Source: Lysobacterales bacterium (lineage in GTDB: Bacteria > Pseudomonadota > Gammaproteobacteria > Xanthomonadales > BPKI01). Taken from it: 64,000 nucleotides of DNA. The stretch covers positions 1,604,566 to 1,668,565 of the forward strand of contig BPKI01000001.1 in NCBI GenBank assembly GCA_026005055.1. The letters run 5' to 3'. The position numbers were made by a program, and so were the translations under genes. The notes under the pieces are model-generated. The model did no database searches, was not told the origin of the DNA, and saw only the letters and a list, made by a program, of their open reading frames with translations. This document shows positions 9,952 through 20,583 of the stretch, one piece after another (position 1 is the stretch's first letter; the number at the start of each line of letters is the position of its first letter).

Positions 9952-12623
9952 TCCGGGTCGTAATCGAGGTTGGCAGCGAGCAGGCGCTCGGCCTCGGCGA
10001 GAGGGATGCCGCGGCGCCTCGCATAGTCCTCCACCTGATCGCGGCCCAGGCGGCCCACGACGAAGTAGCGGCTTTCGGGGTGGGAGAAATAAAAACCCGA
10101 TACGGCGGAAGGCGGTAGCATGGCGAAATTCTCCGTCAACCGCACGCCGATGGCGGCCTCGGCCTCCAGGATGCGGAAGATTTGGGCCTTGTGGCTGTGG
10201 TCAGGACATGCGGGGTAACCGGGAGCCGGGCGAATGCCGCGGTATTCCTCGCGGATCAAGGCCTCGTTGTCGAGCTTCTCCTCAGGGGCGTAGGCCCAGA
10301 ATTCGCGCCGGATGCGTTCATGCAAGCGCTCCGCCAGCGCTTCGGCGAAGCGATCGGCGAGCGCCTTGAGCAGGATCGCCGAATAGTCATCGTGGGCCTG
10401 CTCGAAGTGGCGGATGCGATCGTCCATCCCGAAGCCGGCGGCGACCACGAAGAAGCCAAGCCAATCCTCCACACCGCTTGCGCGCGGCGCGATGTAGTCG
10501 GCGAGGCACAGGTTGAAACGCTCTCCGCGCGGCTTGTCCACCTGCTGGCGCAGGAAGGCGAAACGCTCACCCTCACACAGCACGTCTTCGTCTTCGGCGC
10601 AGGCCGGAAAAATCCCGAAGACGGCGCGCGCCTCGAACCATCGCTCTTCGATGATGCGCTCGAGCATCCGCTGAGCATCGCGGTAAAGCTCGCGCGCCTG
10701 CGTTCCGACGACGGGATCCTCGAGGATCTCGGGGAAGCGGCCGGCAAGCTCCCAGGCTTGGAAAAACGGCGTCCAGTCGAAGTAGGAGACCAGCTCTGCA
10801 AGCGGATAGGGCGCCAGCAGATGCCGGCCCGGTTTTGCCGGACGCGGCGGGCGATACTCCGAAAAACGGCCGTCGAAGCGGTTGGCGCGCGCCTCGGCGA
10901 GAGGGATCAGCCGCTTGCCTTCGGCGCGAAGCGCGTGCCGCTCGCGGATGGCGCGGTATTCCGACTCGTTGGCGGCGATGAAGGCATCGCGCTGCTCTGG
11001 GCTGAGCAAGGCCTGCACGACCCCCACTGCGCGCGAGGCGTCCTTCACCCAGATCACCGGCGCCCGGCGATAACGCGGGGCGATTTTGAGTGCAGTATGG
11101 GCGCGCGACGTGGTCGCGCCGCCGATGAGCATCGGGATGTCGAAGCCCGTCCGCTCGAGCTCTGCGGCCACATGGCTCATCTCCTCGAGCGAAGGGGTGA
11201 TCAAACCGGACAGGCCGATCAGATCCACGGCATGCTCGCGGGCGCGCTCGAGGATGGTCTGCGCCGGCACCATCACCCCGAGATCGATCACCTCGTAGTG
11301 GTTGCAGGCGAGAACCACGCCCACGATGTTCTTGCCGATGTCGTGGACATCGCCTTTGACCGTGGCGAGGAGGATGCGCGCCTTGCGCGCCGGAGCTTCA
11401 GCGCTCGTCCGCTGTTCCGCTTCGATGTGCGGCACCAGGCAGGCCACCGCTTTTTTCATCACCCGCGCCGCTTTCACCACTTGCGGCAGGAACATTTTGC
11501 CGGCGCCGAAGAGGTCGCCGACCTTGTTCATGCCGCGCATGAGGGGACCTTCGATGACCTGAAGCGCGCGCGCGAAGCGCTGTCTCGCCTCTTCGACGTC
11601 CTGCTCCACGTATTGGTCGATGCCATGCAGCAGGGCGTATTCCAGCCTTTCCTCCGGCGGGAGATGGCGCCATGCCGCGGCCTTCTCCTCGCGCTCGCGT
11701 TTCTTGCGATGGCGCTCGGCGACTGCGAGCAAACGCTCGGTGGCATCGGGACGGCGGTTGAGCACCAAATCTTCGACCAGCTCGCGAAGCTCGGGGTCCA
11801 GCTCGTCGTAAAGCGGGAGCGCCCCGGCGTTCACGATCCCCATGTCCATCCCGGCGCGGATGGCGTGGTAGAGGAACACCGAATGGATCGCCTGCCGTAC
11901 CGGCTCATTGCCCCGGAAAGCGAAGCTCACGTTGCTGACGCCGCCGGAAACCTTGGCGTGCGGCAGGGTCTCTTTGATGATCCGCGTGGCCTCGATGAAG
12001 GCCACGGCGTAGTCGTCGTGTTCGGGAATCCCGGTGCCGATCGCGAAGATGTTGGGATCGAAGACGATCTCTTCGGGCGGAAAGCCGGCCTGCTCGGTGA
12101 GCAAGCGGTAGGCGCGGGTGCAGATCGCGACCTTGCGCTCCACCGTCTCCGCCTGCCCCTTCTCATCGAAGGCCATCACCACCACCGCAGCGCCGAGACG
12201 GCGGATGCGCCGCGCCTGCCACAAAAAGAGCGCCTCGCCCTCCTTGAGCGAGATCGAGTTGGCAAGCCCTTTGCCTTGAAGGCATTTGAGACCCGCCTCG
12301 AGCACCGAGAACTTGGAGCTATCGACCATCACCGGCACCCGCGCGATGTCGGGCTCGGCGGCGATGCGGTTGAGAAAACGACGCATGCAGCGCTCGGCGT
12401 CGAGCAGGGCGTCGTCCATGTTGACGTCGAGAATCTGCGCGCCGGACTCGACCTGCTGACGGGCGACTTCGACGGCTTCATCGAAGCGCTCTTCGATGAT
12501 CAGCTTGCGAAAGCGGGCCGAGCCGGTGACGTTGGTGCGCTCGCCGATATTGATGAAATTGCTGCCCGCAGCGATGCTGAGGGGCTCGAGCCCCGCGAGC
12601 AGCAGGGGCCGGGCAGTAGTCAT
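9948..12623 (-). CDS. metH: Methionine synthase large subunit-like protein (pterin-binding + B12-cap/B12-binding + AdoMet-activation domains)
   Basis: 891 aa from ATG 12623. Motifs [13 protein letters not shown] (pterin domain), [11 protein letters not shown] (DxHxxG cobalamin loop) and a C-terminal reactivation domain. Confidence 0.93.
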   Translation of the reverse strand: MTTARPLLLAGLEPLSIAAGSNFINIGERTNVTGSARFRKLIIEERFDEAVEVARQQVESGAQILDVNMDDALLDAERCMRRFLNRIAAEPDIARVPVMVDSSKFSVLEAGLKCLQGKGLANSISLKEGEALFLWQARRIRRLGAAVVVMAFDEKGQAETVERKVAICTRAYRLLTEQAGFPPEEIVFDPNIFAIGTGIPEHDDYAVAFIEATRIIKETLPHAKVSGGVSNVSFAFRGNEPVRQAIHSVFLYHAIRAGMDMGIVNAGALPLYDELDPELRELVEDLVLNRRPDATERLLAVAERHRKKREREEKAAAWRHLPPEERLEYALLHGIDQYVEQDVEEARQRFARALQVIEGPLMRGMNKVGDLFGAGKMFLPQVVKAARVMKKAVACLVPHIEAEQRTSAEAPARKARILLATVKGDVHDIGKNIVGVVLACNHYEVIDLGVMVPAQTILERAREHAVDLIGLSGLITPSLEEMSHVAAELERTGFDIPMLIGGATTSRAHTALKIAPRYRRAPVIWVKDASRAVGVVQALLSPEQRDAFIAANESEYRAIRERHALRAEGKRLIPLAEARANRFDGRFSEYRPPRPAKPGRHLLAPYPLAELVSYFDWTPFFQAWELAGRFPEILEDPVVGTQARELYRDAQRMLERIIEERWFEARAVFGIFPACAEDEDVLCEGERFAFLRQQVDKPRGERFNLCLADYIAPRASGVEDWLGFFVVAAGFGMDDRIRHFEQAHDDYSAILLKALADRFAEALAERLHERIRREFWAYAPEEKLDNEALIREEYRGIRPAPGYPACPDHSHKAQIFRILEAEAAIGVRLTENFAMLPPSAVSGFYFSHPESRYFVVGRLGRDQVEDYARRRGIPLAEAERLLAANLDYDPE

Positions 12624-13657
12624 GCGGCCTGGGCGAGCTTGCGCGCCTGCCGCGGGGGATAGGGGGCCACGGCTTGCGCGATCGCCGCGATGTGATCCGG
12701 CGTCGTGCCGCAGCAGCCTCCGACGACGTCCACGAGCCCCAAAGCGGCATACTCGGCGAGCGCCGACGCGGTCTGTGCCGGCGTCTCGTCGTAGCCGCCG
12801 AAGGCGTTGGGCAGTCCGGCGTTGGGATGAACGCTCACCCGGCAGTCCGCGACCCGCGCCAGGGCCTCCAAGTGCGGACGCAGTTGGCGCGCGCCCAAGG
12901 CGCAATTGAAGCCCACCGAGAAAGGCGCGGCATGGCGGATCGAGGCCCAGAAAGCCTCGGGCGTCTGCCCGGACAAGGTTCGGCCGGAGCGATCGGTGAT
13001 CGTGCCCGAGATCATCACCGGCACTCGGCCGCCCAAGCGCTCGAAGACCTCCTCGAGGGCATAAAGAGCCGCTTTGGCATTGAGCGTGTCGAAGATGGTC
13101 TCGACCATGATCAGCTCGGCACCGCCCTCGATCAGGGCCGTGGCCGCCTCGGCGTAGGCGGCGGCGAGGGTGTCGAAGTCCACGGCGCGATGGCCTGGAT
13201 CGCTGACATCCGGGCTGATGCTCGCGGTCTTGTTGGTGGGGCCGAGGATCCCCACCGGGAAGCGCGGACGGCGAGGGTCGCGGGCCTCGAACTCGCGGCA
13301 GGCAGCGGCGGCGAGCGCGGCACCGGCGCGGTTGAGCTCAGGGACGAGCGCCTCGGTGCCGTAGTCGGCCTGCGCGATGCGCGTGGCGTTGAAGGTGTTG
13401 GTCTCGATGAGATCGGCGCCGGCGGCGAGGTAGGCGCGATGAATGGAGAGGATGAGCTCGGGTCGGCTCAGGTTGAGCAGATCGTGATTGCCCTTCAGTT
13501 CCCCGCAATGGGCGCAGGGATGGCCTTCCGGATGAAAATCCCGCTCATCGAGGCGCGCGGCTTGCAGCATCGTGCCCATCGCCCCGTCGAGCAACAGGAT
13601 GCGTTCGGCCAGGGCAGCCTCGAGGCGGGCGATGCGATCGGGTCTCAGCCAATTCAT
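12620..13657 (-). CDS. metH: Homocysteine S-methyltransferase domain protein (N-terminal module of split MetH)
   Basis: 345 aa from ATG 13657. [11 protein letters not shown]...IETNTF...[11 protein letters not shown] Hcy-binding domain. ATGA overlaps on both sides. Confidence 0.9.
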   Translation of the reverse strand: MNWLRPDRIARLEAALAERILLLDGAMGTMLQAARLDERDFHPEGHPCAHCGELKGNHDLLNLSRPELILSIHRAYLAAGADLIETNTFNATRIAQADYGTEALVPELNRAGAALAAAACREFEARDPRRPRFPVGILGPTNKTASISPDVSDPGHRAVDFDTLAAAYAEAATALIEGGAELIMVETIFDTLNAKAALYALEEVFERLGGRVPVMISGTITDRSGRTLSGQTPEAFWASIRHAAPFSVGFNCALGARQLRPHLEALARVADCRVSVHPNAGLPNAFGGYDETPAQTASALAEYAALGLVDVVGGCCGTTPDHIAAIAQAVAPYPPRQARKLAQAA

Positions 13658-14580
13658 TGCTTGCGCGCGAGTAGGGTGAGCACTTCGAAATGCGGCGGGC
13701 GCCGTTCCCGCGTGGCGAGGCGGCATTCGATGACCTCCAGCCCACAACCTGAGCACAGCGCTTGAAGCTCAGCCGTTTCGAAGCCGAGATTGCGGTGTCC
13801 ATAAGCGCGGACGATATCGCTGTGGCCGTGGCGGGCGAGGGTGGCGGCGAGCAAGCGACCACCGGGGCGAAGCACCCTTGCGGCCTCGGCCAGAGCCTGC
13901 ATCGGATGATCGCTGTAGGTCAGCGCGTGGGTGAGCAGAACCAGGTCGAAGCTCGCATCGGGTACGGGCAAGGCGTGCATATCGCCCTGGAGGACGCGCA
14001 CGTTGGCGTAGTGCGCAAGCCGCGTGCGCGCGGCCTCGACCACTTTCGCGCTCGCATCGACGCAGACGATCGAGCGGGCGCGGGGGGCTAAAAGCTCGGC
14101 GGTGACCCCATCGCCGGAGGCGACGTCGAGCACGTCGCCAAGCTCGAGCAAGAGGACCATCGAGCGGGCGAAGCTCTCCCAGCTGCGGCCCGGGGAATAA
14201 TGCCGTTCCATGTCGCCGGCGACCGTATCCGGCCAGTTTTGCTCGGCGGCGCGCTGGGCGAGGATGAGCGGCAGGCGCTCGGCGTCCTGGGCGATGAGCG
14301 GGTCGGCACTCGCCGCGCGTAGGGCGGGCCAGAGACCGGCCGTGAGCGAAGACAGATCGTCGGCCACCCGGTGGTAGGCCGAGACCCCGGCGCGACGGTC
14401 GAGCACCAAGCCCGCTTCCTTGAGTTTGGCCAGATGGGTGGAAACCCGCGGCTGCGCAAGCCCCGTGATCGCGGCAAGCTCGGCCACTGTGAGCTCCTCG
14501 CGTTCGAGCAGGGCGATCAGGCGCAGCCGGGTGGGATCGGCAAGCAGGCGGAGGAGCTCGGAAAGCGCGCCGAGGTTCAC
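13654..14580 (-). CDS. ArsR-family HTH regulator fused to a SAM-dependent methyltransferase-like domain (SahR-like architecture)
   Basis: N-terminal [14 protein letters not shown]...[29 protein letters not shown] (ArsR wHTH). C-terminal VLDVASGDG...LRPGGRLL (class I MTase fold). GTG start at 14580. Confidence 0.8.
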   Translation of the reverse strand: MNLGALSELLRLLADPTRLRLIALLEREELTVAELAAITGLAQPRVSTHLAKLKEAGLVLDRRAGVSAYHRVADDLSSLTAGLWPALRAASADPLIAQDAERLPLILAQRAAEQNWPDTVAGDMERHYSPGRSWESFARSMVLLLELGDVLDVASGDGVTAELLAPRARSIVCVDASAKVVEAARTRLAHYANVRVLQGDMHALPVPDASFDLVLLTHALTYSDHPMQALAEAARVLRPGGRLLAATLARHGHSDIVRAYGHRNLGFETAELQALCSGCGLEVIECRLATRERRPPHFEVLTLLARKQ

Positions 14581-14583
14581 TTC

Positions 14584-14615
14584 ATCCTTTCATCGCGAAA
14601 AAGCGATGAAAGGAT
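14584..14615. promoter_or_regulatory. Perfect inverted repeat ATCCTTTCATCGC-N6-GCGATGAAAGGAT just upstream of the SahR-like gene; candidate operator or RBS-sequestering hairpin
   Basis: Read directly: 13-bp arms and a 6-nt spacer. The proximal arm contains the AAAGGA Shine-Dalgarno-like element 5 nt from the GTG start. Confidence 0.5.
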
Positions 14616-14655
14616 GCGGGTACGCCCCCACGCCGTCAAGACGGCCATCGCCGCC

Positions 14656-16344
14656 TCATTTGACGGCGCTTTCTGGGCGCGGCGGTTCTCGCAGCTCGCG
14701 GCGCAGGATTTTGCCGACGTTGGATTTGGGTAGCTCGCTGCGAAACTCGATGTATTTCGGGCGCTTGTAGCCGGTGAGGTGCTTCTCGCAGTGGGCGCGG
14801 ATGTCCTCGGCGGTGAGATTGGGGTCCTTCTTGACGATCACCACCTTGACCGCCTCGCCGGATTTCTCATCGGGAACACCGACCGCCGCCACTTCGAGCA
14901 CGCCAGGGTGCTCGGCGATCACGTCCTCGATCTCGTTCGGATAGACGTTGAAGCCCGAGACCAGGATCATGTCCTTCTTGCGGTCGACGATGTAGAAGAA
15001 ACCGCGCTCGTCCATCTTGCCCATGTCGCCGGTGTGCAGCCAGCCGTCCTTGAGGACCTTGGCGGTCTCATCGGGCCGCTTCCAGTAACCCTTCATCACC
15101 TGCGGACCGCGCACGCAGATCTCGCCCACTTCGCCCACGCCGAGGATGTGGCCCTCATCGTCCTGGACCGAGACATCGGTCGAGGGCACGGGAATGCCGA
15201 TCGAGCCGGTGAAGTTCTCGATGTTGGGCGGATTGACCGTGGCCACTGGCGAGGTCTCGGTAAGGCCGTAGCCCTCGATCAGCACGCAGCCCGTGACCTG
15301 CTTCCAGCGCTCGGCCACCGCCCGCTGCACGGCCATGCCGCCGCCCATCGAGGCCTTGAGGTTGCTGAAATCGAGCTTGTCGAAGCCAGGGGTATTGAGC
15401 AGACCGTTGAACAGGGTGTTGACCCCGGTGATGATCGAGAAGCGCCACTTCGAGAGCTCCTTGACGAAGCCCTTCATGTCGCGCGGATTGGTGATGAGCA
15501 CGTTGTGCCCGCCCATGCGCACGAAGATCAGGCAGTTCACGGTGAGCGCGAAGATGTGATAAAGCGGCAGGGCGGTGATCACGATCTCTTCGCCCTCCTT
15601 GGCCTTGCCGGCGATGATCGGCGTCACCTGTTCCATGTTCGCCACCATATTGCGGTGAGTGAGCATCGCCCCCTTGGCCACGCCGGTCGTGCCGCCGGTG
15701 TACTGAAGAAAGGCGAGATCGTCGGGGGCAAGCTCGGTGCGGACACTTGGAAGCTTGCTTCCCTCGGCGAGCACCTGCTTGAAGCGAAGATGACCGGGAA
15801 GCTCGTAATCCGGGACCATCTTCTTGACGTGCCGCACGAGGAAGTTCACGAGCGCACCCTTCAACCCGCCGAGGAGATCGCCGAGGGCGGTGACGATGAC
15901 GTGTTTGACCGGCACCTCGGCTCTGACCTGAGCGAGCACATGGGCGAAGTTCTCGAGGATCAGGATCGCCGAGGCCTCGGAGTCCACGAGCTGATGCTTG
16001 AGCTCGCGCGGGGTGTACATGGGATTGGTGTTGACCACGACCAAACCCGCGCGATGCGCGCCGAACAGCGCGACCGGATACTGAAGAATGTTGGGCATCA
16101 TGAGGGCGATGCGTTCGCCCTTCTTCAGTCCCAGGCGATGGACGAGATAGCTTGCGAACGCAGCGCTCCGACGGTCCACATCGGCGAAACTCAGCGTGCG
16201 CCCGAGATTGCTAAAGGCTGGCCGATCGCGAAAACGCTCGACACTGCGTTCGAAGACCTCGACCACGGAGCGGAAGCGCTCGGGGTCGATTTCATGCGGT
16301 ACGCCGGCAGGATAATGGGCAAGCCAAGGGCGAGCGAAGTTCAT
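14656..16344 (-). CDS. fadD: Long-chain-fatty-acid--CoA ligase
   Basis: 562 aa from ATG 16344 ([16 protein letters not shown]...). AMP-binding motif [16 protein letters not shown] and GWLHTGD. Confidence 0.9.
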   Translation of the reverse strand: MNFARPWLAHYPAGVPHEIDPERFRSVVEVFERSVERFRDRPAFSNLGRTLSFADVDRRSAAFASYLVHRLGLKKGERIALMMPNILQYPVALFGAHRAGLVVVNTNPMYTPRELKHQLVDSEASAILILENFAHVLAQVRAEVPVKHVIVTALGDLLGGLKGALVNFLVRHVKKMVPDYELPGHLRFKQVLAEGSKLPSVRTELAPDDLAFLQYTGGTTGVAKGAMLTHRNMVANMEQVTPIIAGKAKEGEEIVITALPLYHIFALTVNCLIFVRMGGHNVLITNPRDMKGFVKELSKWRFSIITGVNTLFNGLLNTPGFDKLDFSNLKASMGGGMAVQRAVAERWKQVTGCVLIEGYGLTETSPVATVNPPNIENFTGSIGIPVPSTDVSVQDDEGHILGVGEVGEICVRGPQVMKGYWKRPDETAKVLKDGWLHTGDMGKMDERGFFYIVDRKKDMILVSGFNVYPNEIEDVIAEHPGVLEVAAVGVPDEKSGEAVKVVIVKKDPNLTAEDIRAHCEKHLTGYKRPKYIEFRSELPKSNVGKILRRELREPPRPESAVK

Positions 16345-16876
16345 GAGTGCACCCCCTCGAATGGACGACGATCGCGTGCCCCTCCTCCCGAGGAACGGCA
16401 CGTCGCGATTGCAACACAGGCGCCTCGGACTGACAAGGCAGTCGCTCGGCCTCTGCGCGCTCGCCGTGCTACTCGCCCTTTCTGCCGCTTGTCGTGCACC
16501 GCTGCCCGACGAAGGCGCGCTACGCGCACGGATCGCGGCCATGCAGACGGCGCTCGCCGAAGGGCGGGCCAACGACTTCATGGACGCCTTGGCCGATGAT
16601 TTCATCGGCCCCGAGGCGGACTTCGACCGACGCCGTGCCGCCTGGCTCTTGCGCTTCCACCTTCAGCGCCATCGCGCCATCCGCGTCGATCTCGGGCCGC
16701 CTGAGCTCGATCTCAGGGGCGAGCGCGCCGAGGTCCGTTTCATCGCCGTCCTGCGCGCCGGCGAGGGGCTGCTGCCCGAGGAATTCGGCGCCTGGCGGGT
16801 GGTAACCGGCTGGCGACGCGAGGGGCGCGAGTGGAAGCTCATCTCGGCCCGTTGGGAGCGAGCCTTGGGCGGTTAG
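16343..16876 (+). CDS. Hypothetical lipoprotein, possibly with an NTF2/SnoaL-like fold
   Basis: Lipobox LALSAAC after a hydrophobic stretch. The true start is probably downstream of 16343 (an in-frame TTG near 16409 gives a normal signal peptide). Confidence 0.5.
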   Translation: MSAPPRMDDDRVPLLPRNGTSRLQHRRLGLTRQSLGLCALAVLLALSAACRAPLPDEGALRARIAAMQTALAEGRANDFMDALADDFIGPEADFDRRRAAWLLRFHLQRHRAIRVDLGPPELDLRGERAEVRFIAVLRAGEGLLPEEFGAWRVVTGWRREGREWKLISARWERALGG

Positions 16877-18540
16877 AGGCGATGGCCCGCCCCGCCGAGA
16901 GCGCAGTCTTCGGGCATCCGCTCGCCGAGAATCAGCGCGTAGCCGCGCCGGTTGGCGGGCCCGAGGTGGATGATGGCTTCCTTCGGCATACACTCGGGCA
17001 AGAGCTCCTCGGCGATGAACAAGGCGCGGTGGGTGGGGTCCGCGCGCAGCCAACGCTCGGCGTCCTTCGCCTGCTCAAGGAGGGGACGCTCGAAGCCGAA
17101 GGTGAGCGCGGGCCGGCGCGCCTGCAGGAGGTGCTGCTCGCGCCAACCGAGCAGGGCCAGCGCTCGCTCCGGGGCGAGGTGTTGCTCCAGCTCTTCCATC
17201 AAACCGCGCGCCGAGCTCGAGCGATCGAGCGCGGGCGCCAAGACCCTGCCCTCGATCGCCCAGAGGGCGGTGGTGGCCAGCAACAGCCCGCTCACCAGCT
17301 TGCGCCACGCGATATAGAAGGCGGCGAGGAGGACGAGCGCGAGGAGGAGCAGGCCGCGCGCGAGCGTTTGCATGTCCTCGGCGCTGAGGCCGCGCTCGGC
17401 GGTGAGCCTCGAGGCCAGTCGGGAGTCTCCCGCCAGCAACCAAGCGATCATCGCGGCGAGGAGCGCGAGCGCGAGGGGATAGGCCACCAACAGCCTTCTC
17501 GGCCAAGGCCGCCGGAGCAGGGCGGTGAGAAGCGGGGCGGCGGCGACAGCGACGGCGGGCAGGGCGGGGAAGATGTAAACCTCCCGTTTGCCCGGCGAGA
17601 GGCTGAAGAAGACCAACACCAAAGCCGCCCAGCCGAGGGGGAGGATGTATCGCGGATCGCCGCGGCGGATGCGGCGCCACCACGCGGGGATGAGCCAGGG
17701 CAGGAGCAGGGCGCCTGGCAGCCATAGGGTGGCGATGACCTGGAGGTAATACCAAGGCGGCTGGTGGTGGTGCCAGGGATCGAAGTAGCGCTCGGCCGTC
17801 TGACGCAGGAAAATCTCGCGGAGGTACTGCTCCATTTCCGGATCGATCCCGGACAGCAGGCGAAGCGCAAGCGGCCCCAGCCAGACGAAACTGCCGAAGA
17901 GAAAGCCTGCGAACACCACGAAGCCGTGATGTCCGCGAGCAGGCAGCCGCTTCGCGAAGCGCGCCGGCAGATAGACGAGGAGCGGCAAAAAACCAACGCC
18001 TTTGGTGACCGTGCCCAAACCGGCGGCAAAGCCCCCGAGCCACGCTTGCGGGCGCCCGCCCTGCCCCATCAGCGCGCGCACGAGCGCCCACAACGAGAGC
18101 GTCGTCAGGGCGACGAGCACCATGTCGATTTGCGCGCGCTTGGCCTGAAGCCCGAACTGGAGGGTGATGAAAAGCGCGAGGGCCGCTGGCAGGGCCGCGC
18201 GCTCGCCGTGGAGGCGCCGCGCGAGGTCGGCGGTCAGCCAGAGGGTGAAGAGCGCCGCGATCAGCGAGGGCAGAAGAAAGGCGATCCGCCATTCGCCGGT
18301 GAGACCGTAGGCGGCGGCGAGCAGCCACATGAAGACCGGCGGCTTGTGGGCGTAGATTTCGCTTCCCCGATGGGGGATCAGATACTCCCCGCTCTCGACC
18401 ATCTGCCGTGCCACCAGCACGAAGCGGGGCTCGTCCGCAGGCCAGGGCTCGCGTCCGCCGATGCCGATGGAAAAGCTCGCCAAGGCGAGCGCCAACAGCG
18501 CGTACAACCGCCGACGGCTTTCCGACTTCATTCGCGGCAT
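16873..18540 (-). CDS. ArnT/PMT-type (GT39/GT83-like) polytopic membrane glycosyltransferase, copy 1
   Basis: 556 aa from ATG 18540. Motif PWPADEPRFVLVARQMVESGEYLIPH...HKPPVFMWL and many TM helices. The upper part of the 793-aa ORF is antisense to the response regulator and was discarded. Confidence 0.8.
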   Translation of the reverse strand: MPRMKSESRRRLYALLALALASFSIGIGGREPWPADEPRFVLVARQMVESGEYLIPHRGSEIYAHKPPVFMWLLAAAYGLTGEWRIAFLLPSLIAALFTLWLTADLARRLHGERAALPAALALFITLQFGLQAKRAQIDMVLVALTTLSLWALVRALMGQGGRPQAWLGGFAAGLGTVTKGVGFLPLLVYLPARFAKRLPARGHHGFVVFAGFLFGSFVWLGPLALRLLSGIDPEMEQYLREIFLRQTAERYFDPWHHHQPPWYYLQVIATLWLPGALLLPWLIPAWWRRIRRGDPRYILPLGWAALVLVFFSLSPGKREVYIFPALPAVAVAAAPLLTALLRRPWPRRLLVAYPLALALLAAMIAWLLAGDSRLASRLTAERGLSAEDMQTLARGLLLLALVLLAAFYIAWRKLVSGLLLATTALWAIEGRVLAPALDRSSSARGLMEELEQHLAPERALALLGWREQHLLQARRPALTFGFERPLLEQAKDAERWLRADPTHRALFIAEELLPECMPKEAIIHLGPANRRGYALILGERMPEDCALGGAGHRL

Positions 18541-18570
18541 GATGCCTGTCTCGAGGAGGGCCGTCGAACG

Positions 18571-19272
18571 ATGCGGATTCTCATCATCGAAGACAACCCC
18601 GACCTGGCGGCTTCCCTGATCGATGAGCTCGAGGCTCGCGGTCACGTGGTGGACGCGGCACCGGACGGCCTGGTCGGCCTGCATCTGCTGGGGCGTCACG
18701 ACTACGAGGCGGTCGTGCTGGACTGGAACCTGCCGCGCCTGGATGGGCTGACGATGCTCAAGCGCTTGCGCAAGGAACTCAAGAAAGACGTGCCGGTGCT
18801 CCTCCTGACCGTGCGCGATGAGCTTCCCGACAAGATCGCCGGCTTCCGGGCGGGGGCCGATGATTACCTCACCAAGCCTTTCGCGGTTCAGGAACTCGAG
18901 CTTCGGCTCCAGGCCATCGCGAACCGTGGACGGGGGCGGCTTCGTCGGCTGAACGTGGAGGATCTCGCCTTCGATCTCGATACGCTCGAGGTCTTCAGGG
19001 CGGGGCGAAGGATCGAGCTTTATCCTGCATGCCTCAAGCTGCTCGAAGTGCTCATGCGCGCCTCCCCGGCGGTGGTGCCGCGACAGAAGCTCGAGGAGGC
19101 GATCTGGGGCGATGATCCTCCGGACCGCGATCTTTTGCGTTCGCACATCTACGAGCTCCGTCGCGCCATCGATGGCCCCTTTCCGCGCAAGCTGCTGCAT
19201 ACGGTGGCCAGGGTCGGCTACCGGCTCGGGCCTGAAGCCTGCGAGGCGCTCCAAAGCGAAGGCGAACCATGA
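18571..19272 (+). CDS. OmpR/PhoB-family response regulator
   Basis: MRILIIEDNPDL...VVLDWNLPRLDG...ADDYLTKPF receiver domain plus a winged-helix C-terminus (...HTVARVGYRL). Confidence 0.93.
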   Translation: MRILIIEDNPDLAASLIDELEARGHVVDAAPDGLVGLHLLGRHDYEAVVLDWNLPRLDGLTMLKRLRKELKKDVPVLLLTVRDELPDKIAGFRAGADDYLTKPFAVQELELRLQAIANRGRGRLRRLNVEDLAFDLDTLEVFRAGRRIELYPACLKLLEVLMRASPAVVPRQKLEEAIWGDDPPDRDLLRSHIYELRRAIDGPFPRKLLHTVARVGYRLGPEACEALQSEGEP

Positions 19273-20534
19273 GCCGGGGCGAGGGGCAGAGCCTACGCCG
19301 GATGCTCATCCTGTTGCTCGCTGGCTATGCCACGCTGATCGCCATCAGCGTGACCGTGCTCGGGGCTTGGATCCACGAGCGGGCCGAGCATACGGTGTGG
19401 CGGGCCGTGCTCGGCGCGGCCTTGCAGCGAACCTTGGGGGGCCCTGAGGGCGGCGAGGAGCAGCTCAAGATCTGGATCGGAAAGCATCATGAGCTTCCGC
19501 CTGCTCTGAGCCAACTCCCGCCCGGGCTTCACGATCACTGGCGTTTCGGCGATCGCGTCTATGCCGCCTATGTGCTCGAAGAAGGCGAGCGGCGGGCGAT
19601 CGCCCTCCTCGATGTCAGCGCCTTTGAGAGCGAGGAATGGCAAACAGCCCTATTCGTCGCCGTCGCCGCCGCGATCCTGGTGGCTGCGCTCACGTTGGCG
19701 ATGTTCCTCGCCGGTCGGCGTATCGCCCGCCCTTTCGAACGCATCGCCGAGAGCGTCGAGCACCTGGATCCGGAATCCTCCCCCGTGCTCACAAGCAAGG
19801 ACGCGCCGCGCGAGGCGGTCGCCATCGCCCAGGCGGTTGAGCGGCTCGTCGAAAGGATCGGCGAAGTGCTCGCGCGCGAGCGCGCCTTCGCGGAGACCGT
19901 AAGCCACGAGCTTCGCACGCCGCTCAGCGCCGTGCAGAGCACGATCGAGCGTCTGCTTGCGCTTCCCGACCTCGGCGACCCCCTGCGCCGGCGCATCGAG
20001 CGCCTGGCGCGAAGCGTCGGAGCGATGCGGGAGACCGTGGAGATGCTCTTGATCCTGGCGCGAAGCCCCGAGCGGATCGCGGGCCTCAAAGAGCCGCTCG
20101 AGCTTGCGGAGACAGTCAAGGAGATCGTCGAGGAACATATCCCGCTCCTCGCCGGAAGACCTCTTCGCATCCGACTCTCGTGCGAAGCGCAGCCGAGGAT
20201 CGAGGCGCCGGCCGCCTTGCTTCGAGCCGCCGCCGGGAATCTCCTTCGCAATGCGATCGAGCATGGAGGCGAGGGCGACATCGAAGTACGTCTCGCCGAA
20301 CCCGCGCGTTTGATCATCGCCGATCCCGGTCCCGGCTTCGATCTCGATGCGATCGCGGCGCGCTGGCGTGAGCGGGTTCGCTCTCGCGCGCCGGGCGGCG
20401 GCGGCATCGGTCTCACGCTCACCCGCAGGCTCGTCGAACACCTGGGTTGGCGACTTCATTGCCGTTTCCGGGATGGCGGCGGTACGGTGATCGAGCTCGA
20501 TATGAGCAACGCCCTCCTCGGCAAGCGCGTTTGA
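19269..20534 (+). CDS. Sensor histidine kinase (two TM helices, about 100-aa periplasmic loop)
   Basis: H-box SHELRTPLSAV and an HATPase region (LRNAIEHG...DPGPGF...GGIGLTL). ATGA overlap with the regulator stop. Confidence 0.9.
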   Translation: MSRGEGQSLRRMLILLLAGYATLIAISVTVLGAWIHERAEHTVWRAVLGAALQRTLGGPEGGEEQLKIWIGKHHELPPALSQLPPGLHDHWRFGDRVYAAYVLEEGERRAIALLDVSAFESEEWQTALFVAVAAAILVAALTLAMFLAGRRIARPFERIAESVEHLDPESSPVLTSKDAPREAVAIAQAVERLVERIGEVLARERAFAETVSHELRTPLSAVQSTIERLLALPDLGDPLRRRIERLARSVGAMRETVEMLLILARSPERIAGLKEPLELAETVKEIVEEHIPLLAGRPLRIRLSCEAQPRIEAPAALLRAAAGNLLRNAIEHGGEGDIEVRLAEPARLIIADPGPGFDLDAIAARWRERVRSRAPGGGGIGLTLTRRLVEHLGWRLHCRFRDGGGTVIELDMSNALLGKRV

Positions 20535-20583
20535 CGAGAACTTACCCGCGATCCGACAGTTCGGCGACGGCCGCCTTCCGAGA

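Noticed and set aside
10182-12662. An 826-aa plus-strand ORF opposite metH. Similar cases are 567 aa opposite gyrA (1313-3016), 798 aa opposite carB (38887-41283), 606 aa opposite fadD (14779-16599), and 523/308/365 aa opposite the NAD-GDH gene.
   Set aside because: Each lies antisense to a gene with strong family motifs. High GC suppresses stop codons in the mirror frames. The translations are low-complexity and Arg/Gly/Asp/His-rich, with no recognisable domains.
16342-16345. Divergently overlapping start codons (CATG) of fadD and the lipoprotein ORF.
   Set aside because: The lipoprotein's annotated ATG is probably not its real start. A normal signal peptide begins about 20 codons downstream, which restores a conventional divergent promoter region.
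17764-19272. A 502-aa ORF ending in the response regulator, and a 793-aa minus-strand ORF ending in the glycosyltransferase (16873-19254).
   Set aside because: Only the C-terminal 233 aa (from ATG 18571) is a receiver/wHTH protein, and only the last 556 aa of the minus ORF is the transferase. The N-terminal extensions are mutually antisense read-through of each other's genes.
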